A stretch of DNA of 64,000 nt from assembly GCF_009914755.1 (NCBI RefSeq), contig NC_060944.1. One strand, written 5' to 3'. Every line of letters begins with the position of its first letter. Within the stretch, counting starts at the first letter, position 1. This DNA is from the human T2T-CHM13v2.0 reference genome, Homo sapiens. Positions 1 through 12,262 of the stretch are shown here, in pieces. The position numbers and the translations under genes are program-made. Below the pieces are notes generated by a model. It was not told the DNA's origin, searched no databases, and saw only the letters and a program-made list of their open reading frames with translations.

Positions 1-818
1 AGAGCCCAGGAGCCCCATGTGGGGATTTGGTGTGTGCTTCGGTTTTGTGTCTGTTTCTCTGTGATAGTGTTGTTTTCTGTCCCGTGAGGAAGAAACCATG
101 GCTGATGGCAGCTCCCAAGTTTTGTATTTCTCAGCTTCAAAGAGAGATTTTGAATTTCCTCTTTTTATCCTTCTGGAAGGATTTGTTGTCCTAGCTTGGG
201 TTAATTGAGGGACCAAAGTAATACCATGGCAGCCCAAAGTTGCCAGTTGGATCATGGAGTTCAGTGCCACTTGATCCTGCTCCCAAGAGAAGAAGGTTGC
301 AGGGAAGATGGAGCCCCAGATATCTATGACTCTTATTTTCATTATCTTTCATCGTCATCTCAGTGCAGCCTCTAAGGCAAATACATTATGTAATTTACCA
401 AATATTAAATGATGTCTGGACATTTGAGCTGTTGCTTATTGCTTTCTGTTTTAATGCTAAGTGCCTTGGCCAAGATCCCAAGGCCTCCTGCTTCCACCTC
501 ACTTACCTGCCTGTTTCCTGTGTCTCTCCCTGCCATGTACCTCCCTAGGTTGCACTAATTCAAACCTTTCTTCTCAAAAGATACATCATTAGCTGATACC
601 TTTTACTTCTTTCTCACTTCCTGCTTATACCTCCTAATTAGCACCTTTTCTATAATTTATTAAGCCAGAATACAATGGTGACAGACATCATGCTGCCTCA
701 CTGACTAGATATTTTATTCTATATTCTTTGTTTTTCAACCAGATTGTAGGTCCTATTGGCAAGGATCTTGTTCTACACTTCCTTCTCCTGGATCTCATAT
801 CATAATGTCAACCATATC

Positions 819-1300
819 TGTTAGGTTTTGCTGCATAACGAACTGTCCCAAAGCTTAGTAGCTTAAAATAATAGCCATGGTATTTTTTTAAGCTCATGCT
901 TCTGTGGATTGTCAACATGAGCTGGGCTCAGCTGGGCTGCTCTGCTGGCCTTGACTGGGCTCATTCATGCATTTGTGATTAGTTTCTTGTCATCTAGGCA
1001 GCTCTGCTTCTGGGAGCTGGCTAGTTACTGACTGGGGTGAAGAGGTGGCTGGGCTGCCTGTCTCTCATCATCCAGCAGGCTAGCCCTGGCTCATTTACAT
1101 ACAGTTAGCAGATTTCCAAGAACAGCAATAGAGGAAAGCTCCAATGTGCTAGCACGTTTCATGTTTCTGCTTGTGCCACATTTACTATTGCCTTGTGAAC
1201 CAAAGCAAGTCACATGGCCAAAATCAGAGTTAGTGTAGGAGGAAAATGATGGCATGGCTATAGAGAGGGAAAGAACTTGTGCCCATTTTTGCAATGTATT
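819..1300 (-). mobile_element. Old MaLR solo LTR (MLT1J/K-like)
   Basis: Begins tgttaggttttgctgcataac...cttagtagcttaaaataa and contains gggctcagctggg and caaagcaagtcacatggcca, all typical of reverse-strand MLT1 LTRs; boundaries approximate. Confidence 0.7.
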
Positions 1301-1467
1301 ACGTTAGGTATATTCTATTTTTTAATTTAAAAAATTTTTATAAATATACATCTGCCTGCTTAAATTGTATAAATCACTCTTCAAAATATCATTAGAAGTG
1401 ATTATCTTGAAATGTTTTCCTTCTGTAGCTGTATTCTATTTTTTACTGGCCTTTTAAAATTCTATTT

Positions 1468-1470
<3 letters not shown>

Positions 1471-1501
<31 letters not shown>
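1471..1501. repeat. (TC)n microsatellite
   Basis: About 15 perfect TC units. Confidence 0.95.
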
Positions 1502-1504
<3 letters not shown>

Positions 1505-2416
1505 TCCCCTCTCACTTTTCTTTTTGGTCTCATTTGATCATTTCATTGAATGGCTAGAATATGTTTATCACTATGAAGTTGGATCCTGCACTGTAGATTT
1601 GTGTGCATGCATGTGCACATGTATGGTAAATAGAGAAGTCTTTCTCTTATGCCAAGTTTTAATTTCTCATTATTCAAGATCATGCGCTTTAGACAAAATC
1701 AAGTAAGGATGACAATGAACTGAACACACAATTTTTACCTGTGCCAATTTTCTCAATGTTCTGTGCTACAAAAAGCAATGATACTAAAACTGACTGGACA
1801 TGGCATTCATCACTTAGAATGTAAAAGTCCTGTACCTTCTTTGAAGCACACTTGGGAAAATCATTTTGAGGCAATAATGCTTCAAGAGTGGCAAAGAGCT
1901 GTGGTCTATTAGCTTTTCCATTGGGCAACCAGGGATGTTGCCATTTATCTTCATTTATGATGCCCATTCCTCCCAGAGAAGGCCCAAGCATGTCAACTGA
2001 CATGCCAAGTCAGCAAATTACTTCAACTATTTTGACCAGTGGTTTCCCAATATAAATTTTATTCACTTTATTTAATGCCTTTATTTGGAGAAATGTGTTG
2101 TACATCTAGAAAAACTACTCGGACCTCTTTTTGTGGAGGAGCTGTATCAAATTGTAAATTTTTTGAAATAAAATGCCAAAATAGCAGCTTAAGAGATTGC
2201 CTTGAGAAGAAGAGCCAGAGGTGACAGACTTACACAGACTGCTCAACCAGCTCCTAGCACTGCAGAAGGTTTAATCCCCATCATAAGCCCTCATTTTATA
2301 TCATGCATAGTAGTTCTGCTTCTCTGATTAAACCATTACTAATACAGACATTTTTCCCCTTGCCCTCTCAAATCTTACCAATTCCTGTTGCCTCAAGCAC
2401 TGAAGAGAAGTGTAGT

Positions 2417-2850
2417 TGGCTTAGTTTGGGTTCTCCCCGAAGCAAATTTTGAGAAAAGGACTTGAGAGTAGATCATTTATTTGGGAGATGGCTCCACAAA
2501 ACACAATGAGGGAGTGGGGAGAGTGTGACGGGGAGGAGAGCAGAGCCAATAAAGAGTATATTGATGGGTGTTACCCCTGGGCTCTATACTGATGAGCAAT
2601 CAGCCTCAGAGTCAATATCCCAGTGGGCAGAAAGGCTGGACCTCTGTCCACTTCCTTCCATCCTCTGTTGGGTGAGCATTGCCCAAAAGGTATGAACTCC
2701 ATTGCTCTTCTTGTGTGATCCTGCTTGTAGCTCCACGAGCTCCAAAGGTGCCAGACAGAGCCCTCAGGCAGGTGGAGACAGGTAGAGCTGCAGGTGAACT
2801 CAGGGGAACTGGGGGATGTGAGGTGTGGCATCAACAGCATCAGCTACATA
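2417..2850 (-). mobile_element. ERVL-class solo LTR (LTR16/LTR33-like)
   Basis: cttagtttgggttctcc...aagca...gagaaaaggacttgagagtagatcatttatttgggag is the reverse complement of an LTR16/33-type 3' end with AATAAA. Confidence 0.65.
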
Positions 2851-3204
2851 AAACATGCCCTAATGAATAAACCCAGGACAGAGGATCAGCAAACATGGGT
2901 TTTGACTTCCTCTCTATGGTTCAGATATGAGCTTTGCAATGGTGGAAAACTACCTACTCTCTCTGAGCCTCCAACTTTCCACTTGGGAAATGATGTCATT
3001 GGACTATTTTTCTAGGCCAGGTAAAAGTATACTAAACAAACACCTATAAGGAGGGATGGCATTATCAGGAGATGGAGAATCACTAACTCTCTCCCCTTCT
3101 TCAATTTGTGTCTTTAGTATGGCTGTCCTAATAAAATCTTAGTTCCATTTATAAGAGTGAAATGTTATAATCTTTTCCTCTTGTCCTTTAAAAATCCCCA
3201 TCAC

Positions 3205-3590
3205 TATTAGTCAGATTTTGCTGCCTACAAAGCAGTTGGTTTACAACAACATTTATCTTCTTGTTTATAGTCTGCGGATCGGGTTTGTCTCAGCTGGGCT
3301 TGGTTAGAATCAGCTGGACTTGGCTCATGGCTGCAAGTTGGGTTTATGTCTACTCCACATGATTCTCTTTGACCAGCTACTGGGGATATGCTCTTCTCAT
3401 AGAGATTCACAGCAGTGGGAGAGGCAAGCCGAAGCGCATAAACACGTTTAGCGTCTCTGTTCCAATGGAGTTCATTAAAATCCCATTAGCCGAAGAAAGT
3501 GGGCATGGGTCAGGACCAAATCAAGGAGTGAAAAAGTGCACTAAGCCCACCATGAAGCCATGGAAACTGCAGGGATGTTTAATTCTATCA
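3205..3590 (-). mobile_element. Old MaLR LTR (MLT1J-like)
   Basis: tattagtcag...tttacaacaacatttat...ctcagctgggcttgg motifs, similar to the 819-1300 element. Confidence 0.6.
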
Positions 3591-3720
3591 CTCACATAGT
3601 AAAAAATTGAGAGCAATAATGCTACCCACCGCACGGTTGTTGTGCTCAAAGTCATCTTCCATGTGAGCCTTAATAATACCCACTCTCTTGGCCTTTCTTT
3701 AACCATTGTAGTATTGCCCG

Positions 3721-4076
3721 GTGTCTTAGTCTGTTTTGTGCTGCTATAAGAGAATACTACAGACTGGGCAATTTATAATGAAATAAAATTTATATCTTAC
3801 AGCTCCAAGATCAAGGGGCTAACATCTGTCAAGGACATTCATGCTGTGTCATCCCATGGTGGAAGGTCTAACACGCAAGTAGGGGAAGGGAACTGAACTC
3901 ATCCTTTTATCAGGAACCCACTTCCATGACAACCAACCCCCTCCCTCAATAATTCATCACAAGGAAAGATACCTCATGACCTAATCACCTCTTAAAGGTT
4001 CCTCATCTTAACACTGTTGTATGGGGATAAAATTTCCAACATGTGGACTTTGGGAGACACATTCTAACTGTAGCAC
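3721..4076 (-). mobile_element. MST-family MaLR solo LTR
   Basis: tgtcttagtctgttttgtgctgctataa...catgacctaatcacctcttaaagg...gacacattctaactgtagca; TG...CA termini, ~355 bp. Confidence 0.85.
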
Positions 4077-4149
4077 CTGGCTAGGTCTGTCAAATAGGAC
4101 TTATTTGTCCTCACTTGTCCTGGCATTTTCATTCCTATGGGGAAAATGC

Positions 4150-4570
4150 TTGTAGTCAGTGATCTGTGCACACTGTCATGCAACCATTCTCCAGCTGCTG
4201 TGGGTGAGTGTTGGCTGTTAATGGTTCATGGTGTTCCCCTTCTCTGGGGTTATTAACAGATGGAACATTTTTCTACTGATGGGACATCCTACCCTGGAAG
4301 TGGCAGCCCAGAGACATAATTGATTTATATGGAGTACAAAAGTCAGCCTCCTTGCCTCAAGGGGAGGGTAATTTGGCAGTATAATTTATGCTCTAGAGCC
4401 CCCTGTGAATCAGGCCAAGTCTAAATTTTCTTTGACATCACATTCTTGATTATGTCCTTTCTATCTTGCTTCTTTTATTCCCTGCAGTTTTCTCCTAAAG
4501 TATGTCCTCATAAAATCACATGCACCTAAGTCCTTTTTCTCAGGCTCTGCTCCTAGGGAAACTGACCTAT
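4150..4570 (+). mobile_element. ERVL-class LTR (LTR16/LTR33-like)
   Basis: Contains ccttgcctcaagg and ends ctcaggctctgctcctagggaaactgacct, an LTR16/33-type 3' end. Confidence 0.6.
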
Positions 4571-6799
4571 CTTTTGATGTCTCTTTTAGTACCTTCTCTG
4601 TACCCTGCACAGGTCACAAACTGTAACTATACATGGAATACATAAAAATTTAGATTTTTTTTTATTTAGGATGGACACCAGAAACCACCTCAAGGTCTAC
4701 TCCAATATCCCCAGTCATCTGAAATAGTCACTTCATCTTGACCACGTGGCCATCATGATTTCTTATCCAGTATCTTACAAGATATGCATATGTCTGTAGT
4801 GCCTCCTTATTCATCACTAGAAAGAATTGTGTCTGGTCAGATGGGCCTCGACCTGGTGAGCCCTGAGAGTTTGTAGCACCCACTCTCCCTTTTCTTTACA
4901 TGAAGATGTTAACCTGGGGCCCCAGGAGAGTTGACATTGATGTTCAGGGAAGGAGAAGGGCATGAAGTAAGCATGGTCTCTGGAAATTACCCATCTATGT
5001 TCAAATCATGGTTTTGCTGTTTGTAAGCTGTTTTGTTGGCCAAATTTGTTAACAATAAGCCTTAATTTCTATAAATTAAGGACAATACTTCAAGAACAAG
5101 AACGTTCTCCTTTATACCCAGAAATAATGCGCGTTAATAACTCTGATTTCCTACAAGACTGTGAACCACTGGTTGTCTGGCACTTTTTAGTAGTAGCCTG
5201 AATCTGAAGTTTGTTTCATGTGGAGCCAATGAGATTATGCAAGACTACGAGGCAGACCTGAGCCTGAAACATTATGGCAATAGCTTTCATTCATTAAGAG
5301 CTTCTTACATGGCAGCCCCTATGCTCAGCCCCTTGCCTGTGTTGCCTAGAAATCCCATCAACAACCTTATATTATTCCATCTCCTGCCTCCTTGTAACTA
5401 TGAGCAGTTGATTAATCAAGTGACCTTGAAAATGTTTGCAGCTGCTAACTTCCAACTCAGGAAATCAAGATTTAGAAGGTAGAGGAATTGGACTAAAAAA
5501 TATAGAAGTGTGTGGACTGGAAGGATTGTATGTTATGAAAAAACTCAACATGTGCACTCAGTGAGTGCCCAGTTAGAGCATCTAAAATATTTGGAGCTAA
5601 GAGGCTTGCAGGGTTTGTACCCCAATTATGCATTGAATGATGCATTTTTGTTTTCTTTCTGCAGAAGTAGGTCTTTATCATCACTTCAAGACCCACTGGT
5701 TCCATCAATTCTCCTAAAAGTACATGATGTCCTTATTTCAGTTTTCTTCTGTATGTCCAAATTCTTTCTCCAGCTTCTTCTTCATGTTCAGATTTCTGCC
5801 TTACCCCATATAAATTGCCTGGACTTTGGGGGCCTAACCCTGATTTAGAGGAACAGAGATAAAAAAGATAAAAATATCCTCCTCTCCTTTACACCCAGGA
5901 AAATGTGTGGTTTTCTACAAGGCTGTGAGCTGCTGGGTGCATAGTGCTTATTAGCAGTGCCCTGGCTCTGAAATGATAGCTCCGTGGGTTTTTTCCATAT
6001 CCACATCTTACACTGGCACCAAATGCAGCTGTATAAATCTCCAGCCACTAAATTCTGCTCTGCAATTCCCCCAGGCTGTTCATTTATTATTAATTATAAC
6101 CATTATTTACATAGAACTGGAGAGTTTTACGTCAAGGCTGAGGCCTGGCTGGGATGTAAAGCAGTATGATGAGCTCAGCGGCAAAACACTCCAGAGATCA
6201 GTGGTCTTGTCTGTCTGCACCGCCACCATCCCCTACTAAAGGCAGAGGTGGTGAAAGGAGGTGTGAATAGGTACAGACAGGAAGTCAAGGGAGGAGCAGG
6301 CCTTGCATGAGCTTTTGTTCTCTGACAAGTTTTCTTTTGAGGCACAGGGAGCCGCTGAGAGGCAGGGGGGTGATGCATTCTGAAGTTTTGTGGTTGTAAT
6401 AGTAGATGATTTTATACAGGAATTTATTAATTTAATCTACAGCCAATCATTGAGTTTGATTATGTGCTAGGGTATAGAATACAGAGATTCACAAAGAAGA
6501 GATGGTCTCTATCCTCCTGGAATTTACATTCTCTTGAATTCAAGGTCAAAAGTGAGGTTGGGACAGGAGTCTGGGTGTTGGGAGAGGGGAGGGCTGTGGA
6601 GTGGGGTGGCCAGGTGTCGGGAGTAGAAGCAGAAGCAGACAATGACTCAAGAGCAAACAGCGTGAATGTTCTTTTTTATGAAGAGCCATTCCATCTCAGC
6701 ATGGCAGTTTTCTAGTCCTAGATTTTTGTTCTGATTCTCTCTTGGAAGATGAACTCGCAGGAGACTCCGACATCAATGGAGTATGGCGTCAGTTGCATT

Positions 6800-7010
6800 T
6801 AACACTCCCTACACCAGCTTTCTATGTGCTAGGCACTGTTCTGGGGGTTTTCCACACATTAACTCATTCAATTGTCACAACAGCTTCTAAAGGTAGATAC
6901 TATTATTGTTTTTATCTTGTAGGTGAGAAAATGGAGTTACAAGAGCTCAGCTATCTTGCTGAGCTATACAGATGACAAAACTGAGGCAGTCTGAATCCAG
7001 TGATTCTCTC
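6800..7010 (-). mobile_element. MIR SINE
   Basis: tatgtgctaggcactgttct...taactcattcaattgtcacaacagc...tattattgtttttatcttgtaggtgagaaaatgga, the MIR core. Confidence 0.75.
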
Positions 7011-7104
7011 ACCCATGGGGTCCCTTGACGTGAAGATGCTGCCATACCACCCCCGGCCTCTTCTCACATCCAATTATCATTTACTTGCCCCCCCGCCAAA
7101 AAAA

Positions 7105-7370
7105 ATTGATTGAATACTGACAACATACCCAGTGCTAAGAATACAGGGACAGAAAGCAGATTGGTGGTTGCCAGGGGCTGAGGCCCTGGAGGGGGAAGAG
7201 ACAGGAACTGCCTAATGGATTATGGGGTTTTCTGCTGGGGTGATGAAAATATTTTGGAACTAGACAGAGGTGGTGGCTACACAACATTGTGAATATACTA
7301 CATGCTACTAAACTGTTCACTTTAAAATGATTCATTATGTTATGTAAATTTCATCTCAATGAAAATAAAA
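7105..7370 (+). mobile_element. Old L1 3' end (L1MB/L1MC-like)
   Basis: gacagaaagcagattggtggttgccagggg...ggggtgatgaaaatattttggaactaga...acaacattgtgaatatact...catctcaat followed by an A-rich end. Confidence 0.85.
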
Positions 7371-7797
7371 TATGGAGGAGGAGGCAGGGAGAGGCGAGGG
7401 AGGTGTCCCCACTGCCTCATAATGATGGATTCTAATGGAATCTTGCACATTTCTTATATGTTGCTGAGAAGACCCAGAGGAGGCAGGGATTCATTCAGCC
7501 TTAGTAGTCAGGAAAACTTTCACTAAGAGTTTCTATTTGAGCTGAGCCTTAACAAAGATTATAAGCTCAGGAGCCTTCGCAAGCCGGGACAGTCATGTAT
7601 GTGTGTTGTCAGCAGAAAGCAGCAGGACATGGTGAAGACTTTGCCAGGCTGAAGTGTCCGGACTCCTCCCAGGGATATTCAAAATTAAAAAATTTTAACA
7701 TGTGATGGCCAAAGAAATGACCTTGTTGACTTCAGTTAAGCACATTAGGGGTGGATTTTTAACCACCCCTTTAAAAAGGGGTGATCTTTTTTTTTTC

Positions 7798-8720
7798 AAC
7801 AAAGTTATAAGTTTTATTAAACAGTGTTGGTGGGGAAAACATTTCAAGGGTTCCAAATAGGCACAGTTGTCTTGTATTTTTTGTCCAAAATTCAACCCAG
7901 GAAAGACAATTCAGACAGTTACATATCATCTTGACCTGTCTAGTGAACCTTTTGAGATTTGGCAAATGGAGTTCATCCAGCCTCTTCCCATTCAAGGTTG
8001 TAAATATGTTCTTGTTATGATTTGTTTTTTCTCATTAGGTAGATGGTTCACTTGCTGACATGCCACAGTCTCAGCTGTTATAAAACTGTTATTAGAAAAG
8101 GTTATTCCTAGATGGGGCATACCTTCAGAGTTACATAATGACCAAGGAACTCATTTCACTAGCCATGTTATAAAACACATTTGTGAAGTATGCCCCATAT
8201 AACAACACTTTTTATTGTACCTACCATTTCCAATCTTGCACATTAATGGAAAGAACAAATGGCATCATTAAAACTCAATTGGTGAAATTTGTGGAAACTT
8301 TACAATTGCTTCTGGTCCTGTTAAATCAAAGGTCTGCATTTTTTTGGAAAACATGAGTTGTTACCTTTTGAAATAATCACTGGATGGCAGATCTTTTTAG
8401 CTTCCTCTGCCTTTGATATTCAGTCGATTAAAGGAGACATTCTCCAATATAATAAATAATTAAGGCTAAAGGCAAAAATCATACTCTGGTAGCACAATCT
8501 TTCCACAGTGTGCTCCCAGGAGACAAAGACACAAAACATCACAACCTTTAGCCTAGTGATTTTTCTCTGTTGCAAGAGGCATTTACATCAGGATTTCCTT
8601 CAACCTCGATGGAAAGGTCCCTCTCAGATGCTTCTTACCAATTCCAGTGCTGCCAAACTAACAGGTATTGGCTCTTTTATTCATGTTTCTCACTTAAAGA
8701 AATCTTCTACCACCTTCTGG
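7798..8720 (+). pseudogene. pol: Decayed class I (gammaretrovirus-like, ERV1) pol integrase
   Basis: Translates, with frameshifts and stops, to ..QCWWG..CIFCPKFNPGKT..PFEIWQMEFIQ..KYVLVMIC..LLEKVIPRWGIPSELHNDQGTHFT..ERTNGIIKTQL..LQPRWKGPSQMLLTN..IHVSHLKK: the zinc-finger cysteines, DDE core and C-terminal GPY/F module. Confidence 0.9.
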
Positions 8721-9249
8721 AATTCTCTTATACAAGCTCAGGAAAAGTTTTTTTTTTTTTTTAATGTGGGCCCTCCATAAAAAGTTGTTTTCAAAGACAG
8801 TTCATTGGCTATGCAGAAATCCTAAATTGCAAACCTATTCTGAGTGTTTAATTAGGGTACTCCCAGCTGAGAGATGTTAAAGTCTGGAGTATACTGACTT
8901 CTGTTATTATCCAAGTCTATTGGAATATCCTGTGGTTTGACTCAGCAGGTGTGGGTGCAATCCTCTCACAATCTCCTGACTCCACTTTAAAGTCTTAGCC
9001 TTAAGTACATTCTTTTCTTTCACATTTGCCTCTTTTGATCAATATTTTTTCCAGAAAACATTGGAGATCAATTAGTGAGTCTGATTTTGTCCTTCACTGC
9101 CTGGATGGGCCTGTTTCAGGGAGTCATGTCCTTTGTTGAAGTATCTCCAGGTCTAAAAGTGTGTATGGCTAGATCGGGCCACATTTGAATAACGAGATTT
9201 TGAGGGGAGTGCTCTCCAGTCTGCTTAAGTCCCAAAAAAGTTGTCAAAT

Positions 9250-9655
9250 CAGATATCTTTTCTGAACCATAGGCTTGATTGACCGTATTGAGCATCTTGG
9301 CAACCATTACTTTGGTTACACTGTTATTTCTAAGCAAACTCGTGTAAGGAATAACTTGAATAACTTAAATATTACAGCAAGAACAACAATGGCAACAATA
9401 ATTGCAATAGTGAGTAACAAAAGTTGAAGACTGAATTTTGGCCATGTTCTGACTTTAGAGGGTAGTCAGCTGAAGAGATAAAAAAGCCAAACATTTTAAC
9501 ACTGGTTGCTCTAATTTACTATTTAGTGTGTGTACGGATTTTTCCAACTTGATCTCTACTTTGTTAGAAGTACTTATCCAAGTGTAACAGTGGGTATTGG
9601 CTACGGTGCAAACACCTCCTTCCTCAGCCATGATATAATTCAAGGCAACCATTGT
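9250..9655 (-). pseudogene. env: Decayed ERV1 env transmembrane (TM) subunit fragment
   Basis: VALNYIMAEEGGVCTVANTHCYTWISTSNKVE matches the immunosuppressive domain plus a decayed CX6CC; then LFS*LPS..LLLLTIAIIVAIVVLAVIFKLF membrane anchor and a TKVMV cytoplasmic tail in shifted frames. Confidence 0.9.
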
Positions 9656-9894
9656 ACAAGGGAATAGAAGGCAAAAACCAGGAGTATAGAGAAAGCAACA
9701 TATAACAGGCTGAATATTTCAGGGAGTTTATTCATATACAGGGGGATGTTGGGTAAGCAGTCAACTTCAGCTGTTGTCTGCTTCACTTCCAGGTCAATGT
9801 TAGCTTTAAGTTTCTGATTGCTTCTGAATTTAACCCTGATCTTAAAGGATGAGGAGAATTTTAATGGGAGAAGACACTTTCAGGTGGATATCTT

Positions 9895-10300
9895 AACATG
9901 AGTTAGCCCAGAAACAGACCCAGAGACAAGAATTTGGTGGCAAGTGGCTTATTCAGGAGGTGGAGGAAGAGCAGTGAACCTGGGAAGGGGGACACAGAAG
10001 GGCAGGGGCTCAGAAAGGGTGGACTTACGTTCCAGTTGCTTCTTTGGGCAACTGGGACCTGATCCCTGTGTGGAAAGTTAGGAGCTTGTGTAAGACACAC
10101 ATTTCAGAATCATCCTAGTTTGAGGATGAGGGAGCTGGGGTGTTTATACACCTGTTACTATCAGCCATTGGCTCAGGGCTGCTGTCAGGGAAAGGAAGTC
10201 CTCAAAGACAGAAATGCAGAGGCTGACAGTTGGTCATCCACTTGGCTCAAGAAATGGTAAGGCTAGAGGGATGTGGGAAGAGCACCAACAGCATTTGATA
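9895..10300 (-). mobile_element. ERVL-class solo LTR (LTR16/LTR33-like)
   Basis: cagaaacagacccagagacaagaatttggtggcaagtggcttattcaggagg...ggagctggggtgtttatacacc. Confidence 0.65.
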
Positions 10301-12262
10301 TAGTGAGTGTCCTTGCTGCAGAAGGAACTAGAAATATCTAAGCAAAAGCAGAGAGTTAATGGCTTGTTAGCAGAAGGTCAGGATCTGGGCTACCTGACAG
10401 AGAGTCAGCCAATTGGATGCTCTCAGCACCTTGAATCCAGTTGATGATCAATTTATGGCTGCAGCATTTGGTGGGAGTACTGAACCCATGGTGATTGGTA
10501 ATATAATAACCAGCCTGCTACTAGACTCCTCATCATCCAGTGTTCCTTGAGCTTTTCCATCACCTGAGCCTGGTTCTTCAGTTTTCCCTTTGATTCTAGA
10601 GAGTTGCTGATATCCTTCTACTAAAGTTTGTTCTCCACTTAAATTAGCCCAAGTCCATTTCTATTCCTTGCAACCAAAAACCTCACCAGTACAAGTATGG
10701 AATCGAATAACCTGCTTTAGGAAAAAGATTATGCTTAATGTGGGTGTCAAGGCATAAATACGAGAAGAGATGGAGAGCATAACTGTAATAATATAATACC
10801 AAGCAATAATATTGGATGAGGTCTAAAGAAAGAGAGTGAAATTTTGACAGAAAAGAGAAATAGGCCCTCAGTGCATAAAGCTTAGATGTCATCTGGGGAG
10901 AATTCTTGGATAAGAAGGGACTTGAGCTCTGAAGAAAACCACAGGAGTTATCATGGGAAGACTTGTCTTTAATCAAGATATCAAATGCCAAAATGCCTAC
11001 AAGAAACACTGCTATCAGCTTCCTAGGGAGTGACCCTGAATTGACAGCTAAAAAGTGTGATCCATCTTCCCTCATCCAATTTCCCCAGAGGCCTAGCTTG
11101 GGTATTGCTGGTATCCCCAGGGTCCTTCTTAGTGCTTTGTAACTAATGGGTAAGATGGTTCCGTTCATTGTTTCCTCCTGTTGGTGTTATGTATTCGCCA
11201 TTTCAATTCCTTCTGGCTTAGTGCTGAGAAACTGACTAGAGAAGGCAACAGGGCAGGATTAGCAAAGTGGCTTGAAATTTAACAACCACTTCTTACGTGA
11301 TGCATGAAAGATTACTGTTGCAGTCTTAAGGTTCATTGGCAAAAAAAATGCAAAATGGCCACCCAGAGTGGAAACACTGAGATATGATTAACAATCGATT
11401 ATGCATTCATGTGAGATTTAGGTGCCAAACAAAAATAGATGCTGGCTACAGATCACAGGTGGATACTTTGATTAGAGATTACAGAAGATAGTCCTTAGGA
11501 GAGGAAAGATAAAACGAAGAATGGAGAGAAAGTCTGGATGTAGAGGGAGGAGGTGAGGGGCTCACTTTCGGTTCTGCTAACAAGAAAATAATTGAGAAAA
11601 ATCACTGCACTCAATGGACCTTGGTATCTGTATCTGATAAGTCTGGTGGACAGTCAGCTACAGGAAGTGGACCTTTTGAATGCCATTCTCTCCCCAATAT
11701 CCAATAGTCCTCATCCTTCCTTTCCACCAAGGTTTGTGCACACACCAACACTCACTCATCTGAGAATTACTGAATCACTGCGGAAGTCACCATTTTCCAC
11801 AGGATGTGTTGGAAGCCAAAGGAAGGTAAGTAAGAAGCTCTGAGACACATTGGGATTGAACAAGAATGTTTTCTAAATTTCCTCCTATTTTAACTCTTGC
11901 TTTTACAAGCTGATGTTACTGAAAAGGTACTCCTCAGTTCTTCCAGGGTTTGGGTTATGTAGAGGGGGTCTGCCCACCTCTCAGGGAGTTGAGCCACTCT
12001 CTGCAGTTCCTTCCAAAGCAGCATCCTTAGGGGGCACATGTTGCACCAGAGATCTGGGTCTGAAACACAATCAGGAACTACAGTGGCTATCCCAGGACTT
12101 CAAGTATGTCCTGCAAGGTAAAATGTGTTGAGATCAAGCTTAGATCTCTGGACAATTCTTGACCAAATCATGATGAACTTGAAGTTTGCCTTTGTCTCAG
12201 TGAAATTGTGGGTATCACATGGGATCCTTAGGAGCAGAGTATAAGCACAGATAAAATCAAGT

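Noticed and set aside
7746-7783. Hairpin aggggtgg-N8-ccacccct followed by a T-run, resembling an intrinsic terminator or small RNA
   Set aside because: An 8-bp stem at the edge of an ERV relic in a mammalian genome; no Pol III boxes or RNA family features recognised.
9455-9652. env ORF as a co-opted syncytin-like gene
   Set aside because: Only a TM fragment, with no signal peptide, SU or furin site; CX6CC is mutated and the frame shifts before the membrane anchor.
10683-11168. 161-aa minus-strand ORF
   Set aside because: No recognisable homology and it partly overlaps purine-rich L2-like sequence; consistent with a chance ORF.
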